Position numbers and translations under genes: made by a program. The notes below the pieces were generated by a model. It saw only the letters and a program-made list of their open reading frames with translations, did no database searches and was not told the DNA's origin. Source: a virus (lineage: Duplodnaviria; Caudoviricetes). Taken from it: a stretch of 54,909 nucleotides of DNA. How positions within the stretch are numbered: position 1 is the first letter of the stretch; every line of letters begins with the position of its first letter. The stretch covers positions 1-54,909 of the IMG/VR virus record IMGVR_UViG_3300021425_000049; one strand, 5' to 3'. Shown in pieces: positions 35,723-45,044 of the stretch.

Positions 35723-37573
35723 TTATAAAACCAAATCCCAGGTGCCGTTTGAATAGTAACCGTCGATGGCTTTTTGCCAAAAATAACTGTTGAAATAGTA
35801 TTGTGTGTTTGTTGTAAGATTTGTTATGTAAACAGTTTCTGTCGATTCGCTTGCGTCAAATACTATATTCCACTTGCTACCATCCCATTCTACAATATCA
35901 TAATGGTCTGCAATAAAGTCATCACCTGATACACTCTTCCAGGCATCAGCCCCATCTTCGTTCAAGTATAATACATAACGAACAGTTACATCAGCAGGCG
36001 CTGGCGAGTCTAGTTTAATCACATACTTGTCGTCTTTGTTAATTGCAGTAGATGTTACCTTAACACCGTTAACAAAAATATCATGTCCATATACAGCATC
36101 AAAGTCTGTTTCTGTATCAATAGTATTATCAGGCAACAAGAAAGATTGCTTGCGCTCAACTTTACCGCCAATAGGTGCTAACATAAGCAAACGTGCTCCT
36201 AAAGGAATATCTGATTTAGTAGCACCGTAGTGTGTAATAGGATTAAATGTTCTAGGATTAATTATATAATCAATTGTGCCTTCATCGTTTGCGCTACGAG
36301 CAATACCCGGTATTAGCGTATCTGTAGGCAAAGTATCTACATCCCATTCAATGTCTAATGTATATTTGTCGGATGCGTTAATAGTAAATGTTCCAACAAT
36401 TGGATTTATTAATTCGGCTCTTTTTAATCTTATTTGACTAATACCTTCTTGATATGTAGCAAACTCCTCAGCCTCTATTACATTAAGCCATGTAACTTCA
36501 CCTATGCGTAATTTTTTATTAATACTTAGTTTAGCAGTATCACTATCAATAATTATATCAAGATTTCTGTAAGTTGTAACTAATGGAGCCTTTAATGTTA
36601 ACTGCGTATCAGAAGCCACGCCATAAACATTTCGTGGTCTTGAATCGTCATCTGGATCGACAATTACATCGTCAAATTCGCCTTTGACTAATCCATCTTT
36701 TGGAGCAACTGTTCCTGGTTCGACAGTGTTAGCACCAACACCTATCACTGTATTAGATGGATCTGTTAAATCTGTTAATCCGTTGCCTATGTTTGTTTGA
36801 CCATCGTTAATAACACTTCCATCAGGTAAAACTGTTATATCGGAGGTGTTAGACACATCTGTTCCTGTATCTGGATTGAAGCCATCTAGTTCAACTGTTC
36901 CTGTATCTACGTTGAATACACTTGTAATAATACTTGTAATTACACCTAGCTTCTTAACTTTTGCAGGAGGTGAAATGTATATAGGAGCAGTAAATGCCAT
37001 TGTAGCAACATCTATATCTGATTCGGTGCCAGTAGGTATACTTCTACTGCTAAACGTCAGGCTGTCCATATTTAATACAGTAAGACTTGTCCAGTCAACA
37101 TAATTGTCACTGGTTTGTAATTCTAAATCAGGATTAAAGATCATTAGTATCTGTTCCATGATTTGCAATTTTTGTTCTGTGTTTGTAGTCCATAAATCTA
37201 CATTAACGCTGAGATTATAAGGCGTAGGATGCAAACGTTCTACTGTATAACCATTGCCTTGTGTGGTTTTATATTCTTTAGCAACAGGATCCCATTCACG
37301 CTCTCTTACATTGACCTTGCTAACAAAACTACTGTCGCTCAAACGTGTTCTATCCATTTCTAATGCAGTAATATAAACTGCCATGCGAGGAGCACTTGGC
37401 ATTTTGTTTTCACTATTATCTCGCATGATATTAGAAACTTGTCTAGTCAAGTCTCCATACATAACAGGAACATTTGTTAAGTTACCGTCACTGTCCTTGT
37501 ATTGGAAATAACTGAAAGCTCTTATAATTTGGCTTATATATCTACGTATTTGTCCATCATAAAAAAATTGCAT
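35723..37573 (-). CDS. gp15: Tail sheath stabiliser / tail terminator with a long C-terminal extension
   Basis: FFYDGQIRRY, VPVMYGD, PTPYNL, QIMEQILMIFNP. Confidence 0.75.
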   Translation of the reverse strand: MQFFYDGQIRRYISQIIRAFSYFQYKDSDGNLTNVPVMYGDLTRQVSNIMRDNSENKMPSAPRMAVYITALEMDRTRLSDSSFVSKVNVREREWDPVAKEYKTTQGNGYTVERLHPTPYNLSVNVDLWTTNTEQKLQIMEQILMIFNPDLELQTSDNYVDWTSLTVLNMDSLTFSSRSIPTGTESDIDVATMAFTAPIYISPPAKVKKLGVITSIITSVFNVDTGTVELDGFNPDTGTDVSNTSDITVLPDGSVINDGQTNIGNGLTDLTDPSNTVIGVGANTVEPGTVAPKDGLVKGEFDDVIVDPDDDSRPRNVYGVASDTQLTLKAPLVTTYRNLDIIIDSDTAKLSINKKLRIGEVTWLNVIEAEEFATYQEGISQIRLKRAELINPIVGTFTINASDKYTLDIEWDVDTLPTDTLIPGIARSANDEGTIDYIINPRTFNPITHYGATKSDIPLGARLLMLAPIGGKVERKQSFLLPDNTIDTETDFDAVYGHDIFVNGVKVTSTAINKDDKYVIKLDSPAPADVTVRYVLYLNEDGADAWKSVSGDDFIADHYDIVEWDGSKWNIVFDASESTETVYITNLTTNTQYYFNSYFWQKAIDGYYSNGTWDLVL

Positions 37574-38991
37574 TAGTAATCTGACCTCGGTCTAAGTGCT
37601 TTAGAAATAGCTTGTCTTTCGGCCTCACGTCTTGCATATATGTAGATATCATACCTACCAGTAAGTTCAAGTTTTTCTTGAACGTTGTTGATAATGGGCA
37701 ACTGAATACGCAATTTTCCGGTTCCATCGTCAGAAAATAGATCTGGATGATCTTCTAAAGCATAATCATATTCTAACAATGTGTTTTGGTTTTTTATCAC
37801 TACAAAAAGAGCTGTTGTAGGATAACTTATATCAGTATCGATAATTATATCATCCTTTTCTGCATTAACAACGTCTGCACCTAATTTATTAAAATACATA
37901 TAGTTTGTATTATTAATAAATGTGCCTTTTTGTGTATCTCGTGTATCGTTTGGTGTCATTGTAGTGCGAACATCGTCTTCAACTTTTTTCCATGTTCTTC
38001 CTGTATAGTAAAATAAACGGTTTGGAAAAAAATCTTTTCTTAAAAAATAATCTCCTTGTGAACTTAAATTACTTGCAGGAAAATTTACTCCTTCGCCATA
38101 AGGAACACCATTTGGTGGCAACCCATCGCCAACTAAGTATCCCAAATATGCACTATTAGGAGGATTCATCATCAACATATCAGCAGATATTAATCCGTCC
38201 GCAGTTAATTCTGTAGTGTCTGCACTGAGTATATATACTTCTCCGTTTTCTCTAACTGTAACTGTAAAGAATTGAGTTGTATCATATCCGCTTGCTTTTA
38301 CATCTAATTCTGCTTGTGCAATAACAGCCTCATTAATTTCCATTTCTTTGCTATACGTGCTAAGAACATCACGTAAAGTATTGCCTTCAGGATTGTCTTC
38401 GTCTGCTGGCAAGTTCAAAATATCTTTGTATTCTTGAGAATCAACAAGTTGTTTTAGTTTAAGTCTATACAAGTGCGGATACCAAGTCTGACTAAATCCT
38501 TCTGCTGCACGATTTACATCTTCTACTACATAAAATCTTTTTAGTGCAACGTCAAAATCATTAAGTGCATACTCATCTTTAAGGTGCGGTAATTCAATTA
38601 CATCACCACTAATAAATTTTCTACCTAATGTTTTTACACTGCTGTTAATATGCACGGTCAAGAATATCATATCATTGCTTAAAAAAATACCAAACTGACT
38701 AAGATCAAAGTCGGCATCTTGGACACTGTAATGTCCTCTAAGCGTATAAACGTCTTCGTCATACTTTCTGTCACGATTCTCTAAAAAAAGTAAGTCTTGT
38801 ATGTTCTTAACGCTAACATTTTCATACTGAGGTTTGTCAGCAGTGGCATCACCTTCGCTGGCTAATTTTGGACCTAGATACTTATGCACAACTACATCTG
38901 TTCCACCTACAGTGAATTGTTCAAAGATAATATTATCTATAAAATCGTAGTCGTTGCTTTTAGTTGGTCTATATAAACTTAATCGTGGCAT
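37573..38991 (-). CDS. gp14: Neck / head closure protein with a C-terminal extension
   Basis: DLLFLENRDRKY, LSQFGIF, GDVIELPH; adjacent to gp13 and gp15 homologues. Confidence 0.65.
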   Translation of the reverse strand: MPRLSLYRPTKSNDYDFIDNIIFEQFTVGGTDVVVHKYLGPKLASEGDATADKPQYENVSVKNIQDLLFLENRDRKYDEDVYTLRGHYSVQDADFDLSQFGIFLSNDMIFLTVHINSSVKTLGRKFISGDVIELPHLKDEYALNDFDVALKRFYVVEDVNRAAEGFSQTWYPHLYRLKLKQLVDSQEYKDILNLPADEDNPEGNTLRDVLSTYSKEMEINEAVIAQAELDVKASGYDTTQFFTVTVRENGEVYILSADTTELTADGLISADMLMMNPPNSAYLGYLVGDGLPPNGVPYGEGVNFPASNLSSQGDYFLRKDFFPNRLFYYTGRTWKKVEDDVRTTMTPNDTRDTQKGTFINNTNYMYFNKLGADVVNAEKDDIIIDTDISYPTTALFVVIKNQNTLLEYDYALEDHPDLFSDDGTGKLRIQLPIINNVQEKLELTGRYDIYIYARREAERQAISKALRPRSDY

Positions 38992-38995
38992 ACTA

Positions 38996-39016
38996 TATTT
39001 ATCGACACGATAAATA
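38996..39016. promoter_or_regulatory. Back-to-back late promoters forming an inverted repeat
   Basis: TATTTATCG-ACA-CGATAAATA gives GATAAATA on both strands. Confidence 0.75.
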
Positions 39017-39032
39017 CTATTGGAGATAACTT

Positions 39033-39794
39033 ATGGCTGATACTACTACAGAGAAACAAGAAATTTTTAATTATGTTAATACCTTCTTGGGTGGAGGTAT
39101 GGTTGATGTAGAATTGGATCCTATACATTATGAAACAGCGTTGGAAAAATCACTAAGCAAATATAGACAACGCAGTGAAAACAGTGTAGAAGAAAGTTAC
39201 ATTACTTTACCTTTAGAGCAAGACAAGAACGAATATATACTTCCGCAAGAAATAATCGAAGTTAGAAAAATATACAGACGTAGTATAGGAAGTAGACTTG
39301 GCGGAAGCGCCGACGGTGGTAGTTTGTTTGAGCCATTTAACCTAGCATATACAAACACATATTTGCTAGCAGGCAGTGGCATAGGCGGATTAGCCACATA
39401 CGATTTCTTTGCACAGCAACAAGAACTTGTAGGACGTATGTTTGGTAGTTTTTTAGAATTTACTTGGAACACCAGCAATAAAAAATTAACAGTATTACAA
39501 AGACCACGAGCAGATGAGGAAGTATTACTTTGGTGCTACAACTATAGACCAGACTTTGAACTGTTTAAAGATTATAAAGCATACCAGTGGATCAAAGATT
39601 ATACACTTGCTAACTGCAAATATATGTTAGGCGAAGCACGTAGTAAATTCTCAACAATTGCTGGCCCAGGCGGCGGAACAACATTAAACGGTGATACGCT
39701 AAAAGCCGAAGCACAGCAAGAAATGGAAAAACTTGAAATGGATCTTGCAATGGCTGTTGCAGGTGGAACAGGATACGGGTTCTTAATTGGATAA
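39033..39794 (+). CDS. gp13: Neck protein (head-tail adaptor)
   Basis: LGGGMVDVEL, WIKDYTLANCK..LGEARSKF, GPGGGTTLNG, FLIG C-terminus. Confidence 0.85.
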   Translation: MADTTTEKQEIFNYVNTFLGGGMVDVELDPIHYETALEKSLSKYRQRSENSVEESYITLPLEQDKNEYILPQEIIEVRKIYRRSIGSRLGGSADGGSLFEPFNLAYTNTYLLAGSGIGGLATYDFFAQQQELVGRMFGSFLEFTWNTSNKKLTVLQRPRADEEVLLWCYNYRPDFELFKDYKAYQWIKDYTLANCKYMLGEARSKFSTIAGPGGGTTLNGDTLKAEAQQEMEKLEMDLAMAVAGGTGYGFLIG

Positions 39795-40287
39795 ACGTAA
39801 CAGAATTGCTGTTGAACAAACAATTGAATACACAGGAAAAACACATCGGAGACATTTTTTAAATTGGTTTGTAAAAGAAAACAATATAAAAAGTATGGCC
39901 GAAGTTGGAGTAAGGCACGGTAGCACTTGTTTTCATTTGCTAAACAATAATCCAGAATTAAAAATATATGCTATAGATAAAAGCATAAATGGATTTTACA
40001 ATGAAACAATTAAAAAAAGATATGGTAATAGATTAATTGCTATAGAAGCATTTAGTCACATAGCTGCTGATTCAATCAAAGACGGTTGCTTAGATTTAGT
40101 TTTTATCGATGCAGACCATAGTTATGAATGTGTAAAAAATGATATTCTAGCATACACACCTAAACTGAAAGCAGGAGGATGGCTTACTGGTCATGACATA
40201 GATTTTCCTGGTGTGAATAAAGCAGTAAATGAATTAGTAAAACATTACGAAGTTGGAACCAATAATGTTTGGTTGACAAGCATTTAA
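39787..40287 (+). CDS. Class I SAM-dependent methyltransferase (Methyltransf_24-like)
   Basis: AEVGVRHGST, DLVFIDADHSYE, LKAGGWLTGHD. Confidence 0.85.
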   Translation: MDKRNRIAVEQTIEYTGKTHRRHFLNWFVKENNIKSMAEVGVRHGSTCFHLLNNNPELKIYAIDKSINGFYNETIKKRYGNRLIAIEAFSHIAADSIKDGCLDLVFIDADHSYECVKNDILAYTPKLKAGGWLTGHDIDFPGVNKAVNELVKHYEVGTNNVWLTSI

Positions 40288-40301
40288 TTTTCATATATTA
40301 T
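40273..40301 (+). promoter_or_regulatory. Sigma70-type promoter
   Basis: TTGACA, 17 nt spacer, TATTAT; predicted +1 at about ATG 40308. Confidence 0.65.
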
Positions 40302-40307
40302 GTAACA

Positions 40308-40811
40308 ATGCAAAAATTAAAATTACTAGTAATCGGTCACGGCAGGCACGGTAAAGATACTGTTTGTGAAATATTACGTGATAAGTATGATTATAGTTTT
40401 GAGAGCAGTTCTCGGTTCTGCTCTAAGTTGTTTATATACGATATGTTGAAGGACAAATATGGATATACTGATGAAGAACAGTGCTACGCTGACAGGCATA
40501 ATCACCGAGCAGAATGGTATGATGCTATCTGCGATTATAATGTTCCTGACGCGGCACGTCTAGGCAGAGAAATATTTAAAGCGCATGATATCTACTGTGG
40601 ATTGAGAAACAAGCGTGAATTTTTTGCTATGAAGAATACAGGTGTATTTGACCATGTTATTTGGGTAGACCGCAGCGACTATCTTCCTCCAGAAGACAAA
40701 AACAGCATGAGTTTAGAACCTTGGATGGCAGACTATCATATTGACAACAACGGAACACTTAATGATTTAAAATTTTGGGTTAAAGATTTGATGTCATATT
40801 TACATAGTTAA
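40308..40811 (+). CDS. P-loop kinase, deoxynucleoside monophosphate kinase-like
   Basis: LLVIGHGRHGKDTV P-loop; IDNNGTLNDL C-terminal motif; start reassigned to ATG 40308. Confidence 0.65.
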   Translation: MQKLKLLVIGHGRHGKDTVCEILRDKYDYSFESSSRFCSKLFIYDMLKDKYGYTDEEQCYADRHNHRAEWYDAICDYNVPDAARLGREIFKAHDIYCGLRNKREFFAMKNTGVFDHVIWVDRSDYLPPEDKNSMSLEPWMADYHIDNNGTLNDLKFWVKDLMSYLHS

Positions 40812-40855
40812 ACACGCATTTTTCTTGTTATAAACCCCATTTTCTATGCGGATCA

Positions 40856-40863
40856 GGTAAATA
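40856..40863 (+). promoter_or_regulatory. Late promoter GGTAAATA
   Basis: Upstream of the sheath SD AGGAG. Confidence 0.55.
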
Positions 40864-40895
40864 ATAGTAATAATGACCCATAGGAGAAAAAAACA

Positions 40896-43800
40896 ATGGT
40901 AGGATTAGTATCACCAGGCGTTCAGGTAAATGTAATTGACGAGAGTTTTTACACACCGGCCGAACCTGGCACAACGCCAATTATTTTTGTTGCTACAGAA
41001 CAAAATAAAGTTAACGGAGCAGGCACAGGTATAGCTCCAGGAACACTAAAAGCAAATGCAGATAAAGTTTACTTGATTAGTTCACAAAGAGAACTTGTTG
41101 AAACTTTTGGTGATCCTAAATTTATTACTGATGCAAATAACAATCCTGTTCACGGAGGGGAACAGAATGAATACGGACTTCAAGCAGCATACAGCTACTT
41201 AGGCGTAAGTAATCTTGCTTATGTAGTAAGAGCCGATGTTGATCTTGCTGCACTAAATGGTAGTCCTATTCCTACTGCGGCTGATCCAGATGATGGCACA
41301 TACTGGTTAGACACAGAATCATCTACTTACGGTGTATTTGAGTGGAATGGTGCTAGCATTTTGACAGCAGGCGGACAAACATTTACAAATAAATTACCAA
41401 TAGTAATTTACGACGAAACACAACTTGTAGGTAACAGTGTTACAGGTATACCAAAAGGGTCAGTTGGTGCTGTAGGCGATTATGCACTTGTTGCAACTAC
41501 AAACATTGTGAAATCATATTATAAATCTCCAGGTAACGCTACAGGACTTTCAGCAGGACAATGGGTCGAAGTTGGTAGCGCAAATTGGAAAGCAAGCTGG
41601 CCTGTAGTAACAGCAGCTAATCCAAATGTAACTATCGTTGCAGGTGATGCATTTGACATCATTACAAATGTAGGAACAACAACAGTTACATCAACTGGAG
41701 ACTTAGAGCAATTTGTTATTGACATTAACACAGCATGTGTAAGTGCTGCAAACGGTGTAAGTGTTGCACTAGTTGATGGCAAAATGGAATTTTATGTGGA
41801 TGGTAGTGATGGCGAAATGACACTAGCAGATGGTAATAACACACCGCTTGCTACACTAGGTATCACAGCTGGACAATATGTAACTCCTAAGTTACAAATT
41901 ACTCCTCACACAGAAGTTCCAGAATACAAAACAAATGACACAACACCACGTCCGACAGGTTCGCTTTGGATTAAAACCACAGAACCAAATCTAGGCGCAC
42001 GTTGGAGAGTAAGACGTTGGAACGAAAGCACAGAGCTTTGGGATTCAGTAGATGCACCAATTTATGATTCAAACGTAGATGCATTATATGAGTTAGATCG
42101 CTCTGGTGGCGGATCAAACTTAGCAGCAGGTGATTTATATATTCAAGCAAACGTTGCAGCAGATACAAGCCCAATTGGTAATTTCAGAATTTATGTAAGA
42201 AATGCTAGCGGTGCAACAACTGTAACAACAGGAAAGTTTGATACAACAACATTAACTGCTGGTTCAAAATCTTTTGATATTGCAGAAAGTGATGCAGGCT
42301 CAGGCACAATGGGTGCAGCGAAAACAGCAACATTTGTTGCCACTGGTAGCTCAGACGATGCAGACTTAATGGCAGAAGCAATCAACTCATTAAACTTTGA
42401 AAACATTGTAGCAAGTGTTGACAGCCAAGATAGGGTTACAATCACTCATAGAGACGGCGGTGAAATACACTTTGTTGATACAAGCAATGCATTAACTGAT
42501 GCAGGGTTTACACCATATGATACGTCTGCACTAACAGGCACAGTAAACTTGTATTGGCAAGATGGCGCATCTGGATCAGATCCAGAGCAATATAAAGCAT
42601 CTCTTTGGAAGCCACTAACATATACTGCAAGCGATGATGCACCAACAGCACTAGCAGCTGACGGCGCATTATGGTATAGCAGCGTCATTGACGAAGTAGA
42701 TATTATGGTTCACAACGGTGAAAAGTGGGTAGGTTTACTATATGATGGTGCTTCTGGACAAAGCAATATTGCTAGCCCATACTATGATGTAGATCCAGCA
42801 CAAGCACCAGATCCAGCAGGACCTTTTGTAAGAGTTACAGCACCAGAAGACGGTGATCGTTCAGACGGCGGTAACCTAGTAGATGGCGATATTTGGGTAA
42901 GCACAGCAGATATGGATAACTATCCAAGAGTTTACCGTTATAATACTTTACTAGCACAATGGGTAGAGCTAGACGGAACAGATCAAACAACTGAAAATGG
43001 CGTCTTATTTGCAGACGCACGTTACAACACAAACGGTGCAAACAGTGACGAAGCAGGTGATATAGCAGACTTGATGACAACTGATTACGTTGATCCAGAC
43101 TGCCCAGATCCAGCACTATATCCAAAAGGAATGTTGCTTTGGAACCTGCGTAGAAGCGGATTTAATGTAAAGCGTTTTGTGCGTAACTATATTGACACTG
43201 CGCAAGACAACCCACAGTATGGTCCAGGTGATGGCGAATCAATGATTAACTATTATCCAAACCGTTGGGTTACAGAATCAGCTAACCAAGAAGACGGAAA
43301 AGGTAGCTTTGGTAGAAAAGCACAAAGAAAAGTTGTTGTGCAAGCACTACAAGCTACTGTAAACAGTAATGAAGATATTAGAGACGAAGAAAGACGTATC
43401 TTTAACTTGATTGCTACTCCAGGATATCCAGAGCTAATTGGTGAAATGATTAGTTTAAACTACGACAGAAACTTAACAGCATTTGTTGTTGGCGATACAC
43501 CATCTAGACTAGCACCTAACACTACAGAACTAAACGATTGGGCAACTAATGCTGCACTAGCATTAGAAGACAATGATAACGGTTTAGTTAGTAGAGACGA
43601 ATACATGGGTGTTTGGTATCCATGGGGCTTTACAAGTGATAATGTAGGTAACAACATTGTTGTTCCTCCGAGTCATATGGTTCTTAGAGTAATTGCGCTT
43701 AATGACCAAGTTGCATTTCCTTGGTTCGCACCAGCAGGAACAAGACGCGGCGGTGTTACAAACGCAACCAGCGTAGGATATGTAAACAGCGAAGGCGAGT

Positions 43801-44258
43801 TTGAGAGTATTTCTCTTAACGAAGGACAGCGTGATACACTGTATACACAAAATGTAAACCCAATTACATTCTTAGTAGGCGCAGGACTAGTTGTCTTTGG
43901 ACAAAAGACTCGAGCAAGAAACGCAAGTGCGCTAGACAGAGTGAACGTAGCAAGACTTATCATTTACATGAGAAGTCAACTTACAAAACTTGCTAAACCT
44001 TATCTATTTGAACCAAATGATAAGATTACAAGAGACGAAGTAAAACAAGCAGTAGAAAGTTTGTTAGTTGAGCTTGTAAGTTTGAGAGCACTATATGACT
44101 TCTTAGTTGTATGTGACGAATCAAACAACACACCGGCTAGAATTGACAGAAACGAACTATATGTTGATATTGCAATCGAACCAGTCAAAGCAATTGAATT
44201 TATTTACATTCCATTGCGTATTAAAAATACTGGTGAAATATCTGGACTATCTGCTTAA
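40896..44258 (+). CDS. gp18: Contractile tail sheath protein, enlarged
   Basis: LVSPGVQV, WFAPAGTRRG, FGQKT, LDRVNVARL, FEPND, IAIEPVKAIEFIYI. Confidence 0.95.
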   Translation: MVGLVSPGVQVNVIDESFYTPAEPGTTPIIFVATEQNKVNGAGTGIAPGTLKANADKVYLISSQRELVETFGDPKFITDANNNPVHGGEQNEYGLQAAYSYLGVSNLAYVVRADVDLAALNGSPIPTAADPDDGTYWLDTESSTYGVFEWNGASILTAGGQTFTNKLPIVIYDETQLVGNSVTGIPKGSVGAVGDYALVATTNIVKSYYKSPGNATGLSAGQWVEVGSANWKASWPVVTAANPNVTIVAGDAFDIITNVGTTTVTSTGDLEQFVIDINTACVSAANGVSVALVDGKMEFYVDGSDGEMTLADGNNTPLATLGITAGQYVTPKLQITPHTEVPEYKTNDTTPRPTGSLWIKTTEPNLGARWRVRRWNESTELWDSVDAPIYDSNVDALYELDRSGGGSNLAAGDLYIQANVAADTSPIGNFRIYVRNASGATTVTTGKFDTTTLTAGSKSFDIAESDAGSGTMGAAKTATFVATGSSDDADLMAEAINSLNFENIVASVDSQDRVTITHRDGGEIHFVDTSNALTDAGFTPYDTSALTGTVNLYWQDGASGSDPEQYKASLWKPLTYTASDDAPTALAADGALWYSSVIDEVDIMVHNGEKWVGLLYDGASGQSNIASPYYDVDPAQAPDPAGPFVRVTAPEDGDRSDGGNLVDGDIWVSTADMDNYPRVYRYNTLLAQWVELDGTDQTTENGVLFADARYNTNGANSDEAGDIADLMTTDYVDPDCPDPALYPKGMLLWNLRRSGFNVKRFVRNYIDTAQDNPQYGPGDGESMINYYPNRWVTESANQEDGKGSFGRKAQRKVVVQALQATVNSNEDIRDEERRIFNLIATPGYPELIGEMISLNYDRNLTAFVVGDTPSRLAPNTTELNDWATNAALALEDNDNGLVSRDEYMGVWYPWGFTSDNVGNNIVVPPSHMVLRVIALNDQVAFPWFAPAGTRRGGVTNATSVGYVNSEGEFESISLNEGQRDTLYTQNVNPITFLVGAGLVVFGQKTRARNASALDRVNVARLIIYMRSQLTKLAKPYLFEPNDKITRDEVKQAVESLLVELVSLRALYDFLVVCDESNNTPARIDRNELYVDIAIEPVKAIEFIYIPLRIKNTGEISGLSA

Positions 44259-44266
44259 TATCATAA

Positions 44267-44305
44267 TGAGGGGGCAAAAATAAATGTCCCCTCAAATGAT
44301 AAATA
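44267..44305 (+). promoter_or_regulatory. Hairpin followed by late promoter GATAAATA
   Basis: TGAGGGGGCA/TGTCCCCTCA stem (44267-44294); GATAAATA 44298-44305. Confidence 0.6.
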
Positions 44306-44329
44306 CATGTGAATAGGAGAATAGATTAA

Positions 44330-44956
44330 ATGGCAATCTCAACACTTACAAATATCACAGTTCCATTAGCAAACGATACAAGTGCTAATAACCAAGGCCT
44401 ATTAATGCCTAAGCTACAGTATCGTTTCCGTGTAACGTTAGAAAATTTTGGAGTTTCTGCAGATACACAAGAACTAACAAAACAAGTTGTAGACGTATCG
44501 CGTCCAAATGTAAACTTTGAACAAATGACACTTGATGTGTATAACTCAAAAGTATTCCTTGCCGGTAAACACACATGGCAAGAAGTATCACTTAACCTAC
44601 GTGACGATGTAAACGGTAACGTTCAAAAATTAGTAGGTGAGCAATTACAAAAGCAGTTCGACTTCTTTGAACAAGCAAGTGCTGCTTCAGGCTTAGATTA
44701 CAAATTTACAATGCGTATGGAAATCCTAGACGGTGGCAACGGAACCGCTGCACCTATCGTATTAGACACATGGGAATTATACGGTTGTTACCTAACTAGT
44801 GCAAACTACGGAACATTAGATTATTCGCAGAGCGCACCTGTTCAAGTTGAACTAAGCATCCAATATGATAATGCAGTTCAAACACCGCAAGGCTCAGGCG
44901 TTGGAGCACCAGTTCCACGTAACGTTAGCTCGTTAACAACAGGCGGCGGTATATAA
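44330..44956 (+). CDS. gp19: Tail tube protein
   Basis: Follows the sheath; PKLQYRFRV, LAGKHTWQEVSLNLRDD, WELYGC, IQYDNA. Confidence 0.88.
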   Translation: MAISTLTNITVPLANDTSANNQGLLMPKLQYRFRVTLENFGVSADTQELTKQVVDVSRPNVNFEQMTLDVYNSKVFLAGKHTWQEVSLNLRDDVNGNVQKLVGEQLQKQFDFFEQASAASGLDYKFTMRMEILDGGNGTAAPIVLDTWELYGCYLTSANYGTLDYSQSAPVQVELSIQYDNAVQTPQGSGVGAPVPRNVSSLTTGGGI

Positions 44957-44983
44957 ATTAATTAAGAGATTGCTAACTAAATT

Positions 44984-45007
44984 AAGGAGCCTATGGCTCC
45001 TTTTTTT
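44984..45007 (+). terminator. Rho-independent terminator
   Basis: AAGGAGCC-TAT-GGCTCC followed by T7. Confidence 0.85.
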
Positions 45008-45044
45008 ATAATCTACGCACTTATATAATAAGATAAATATTAAT

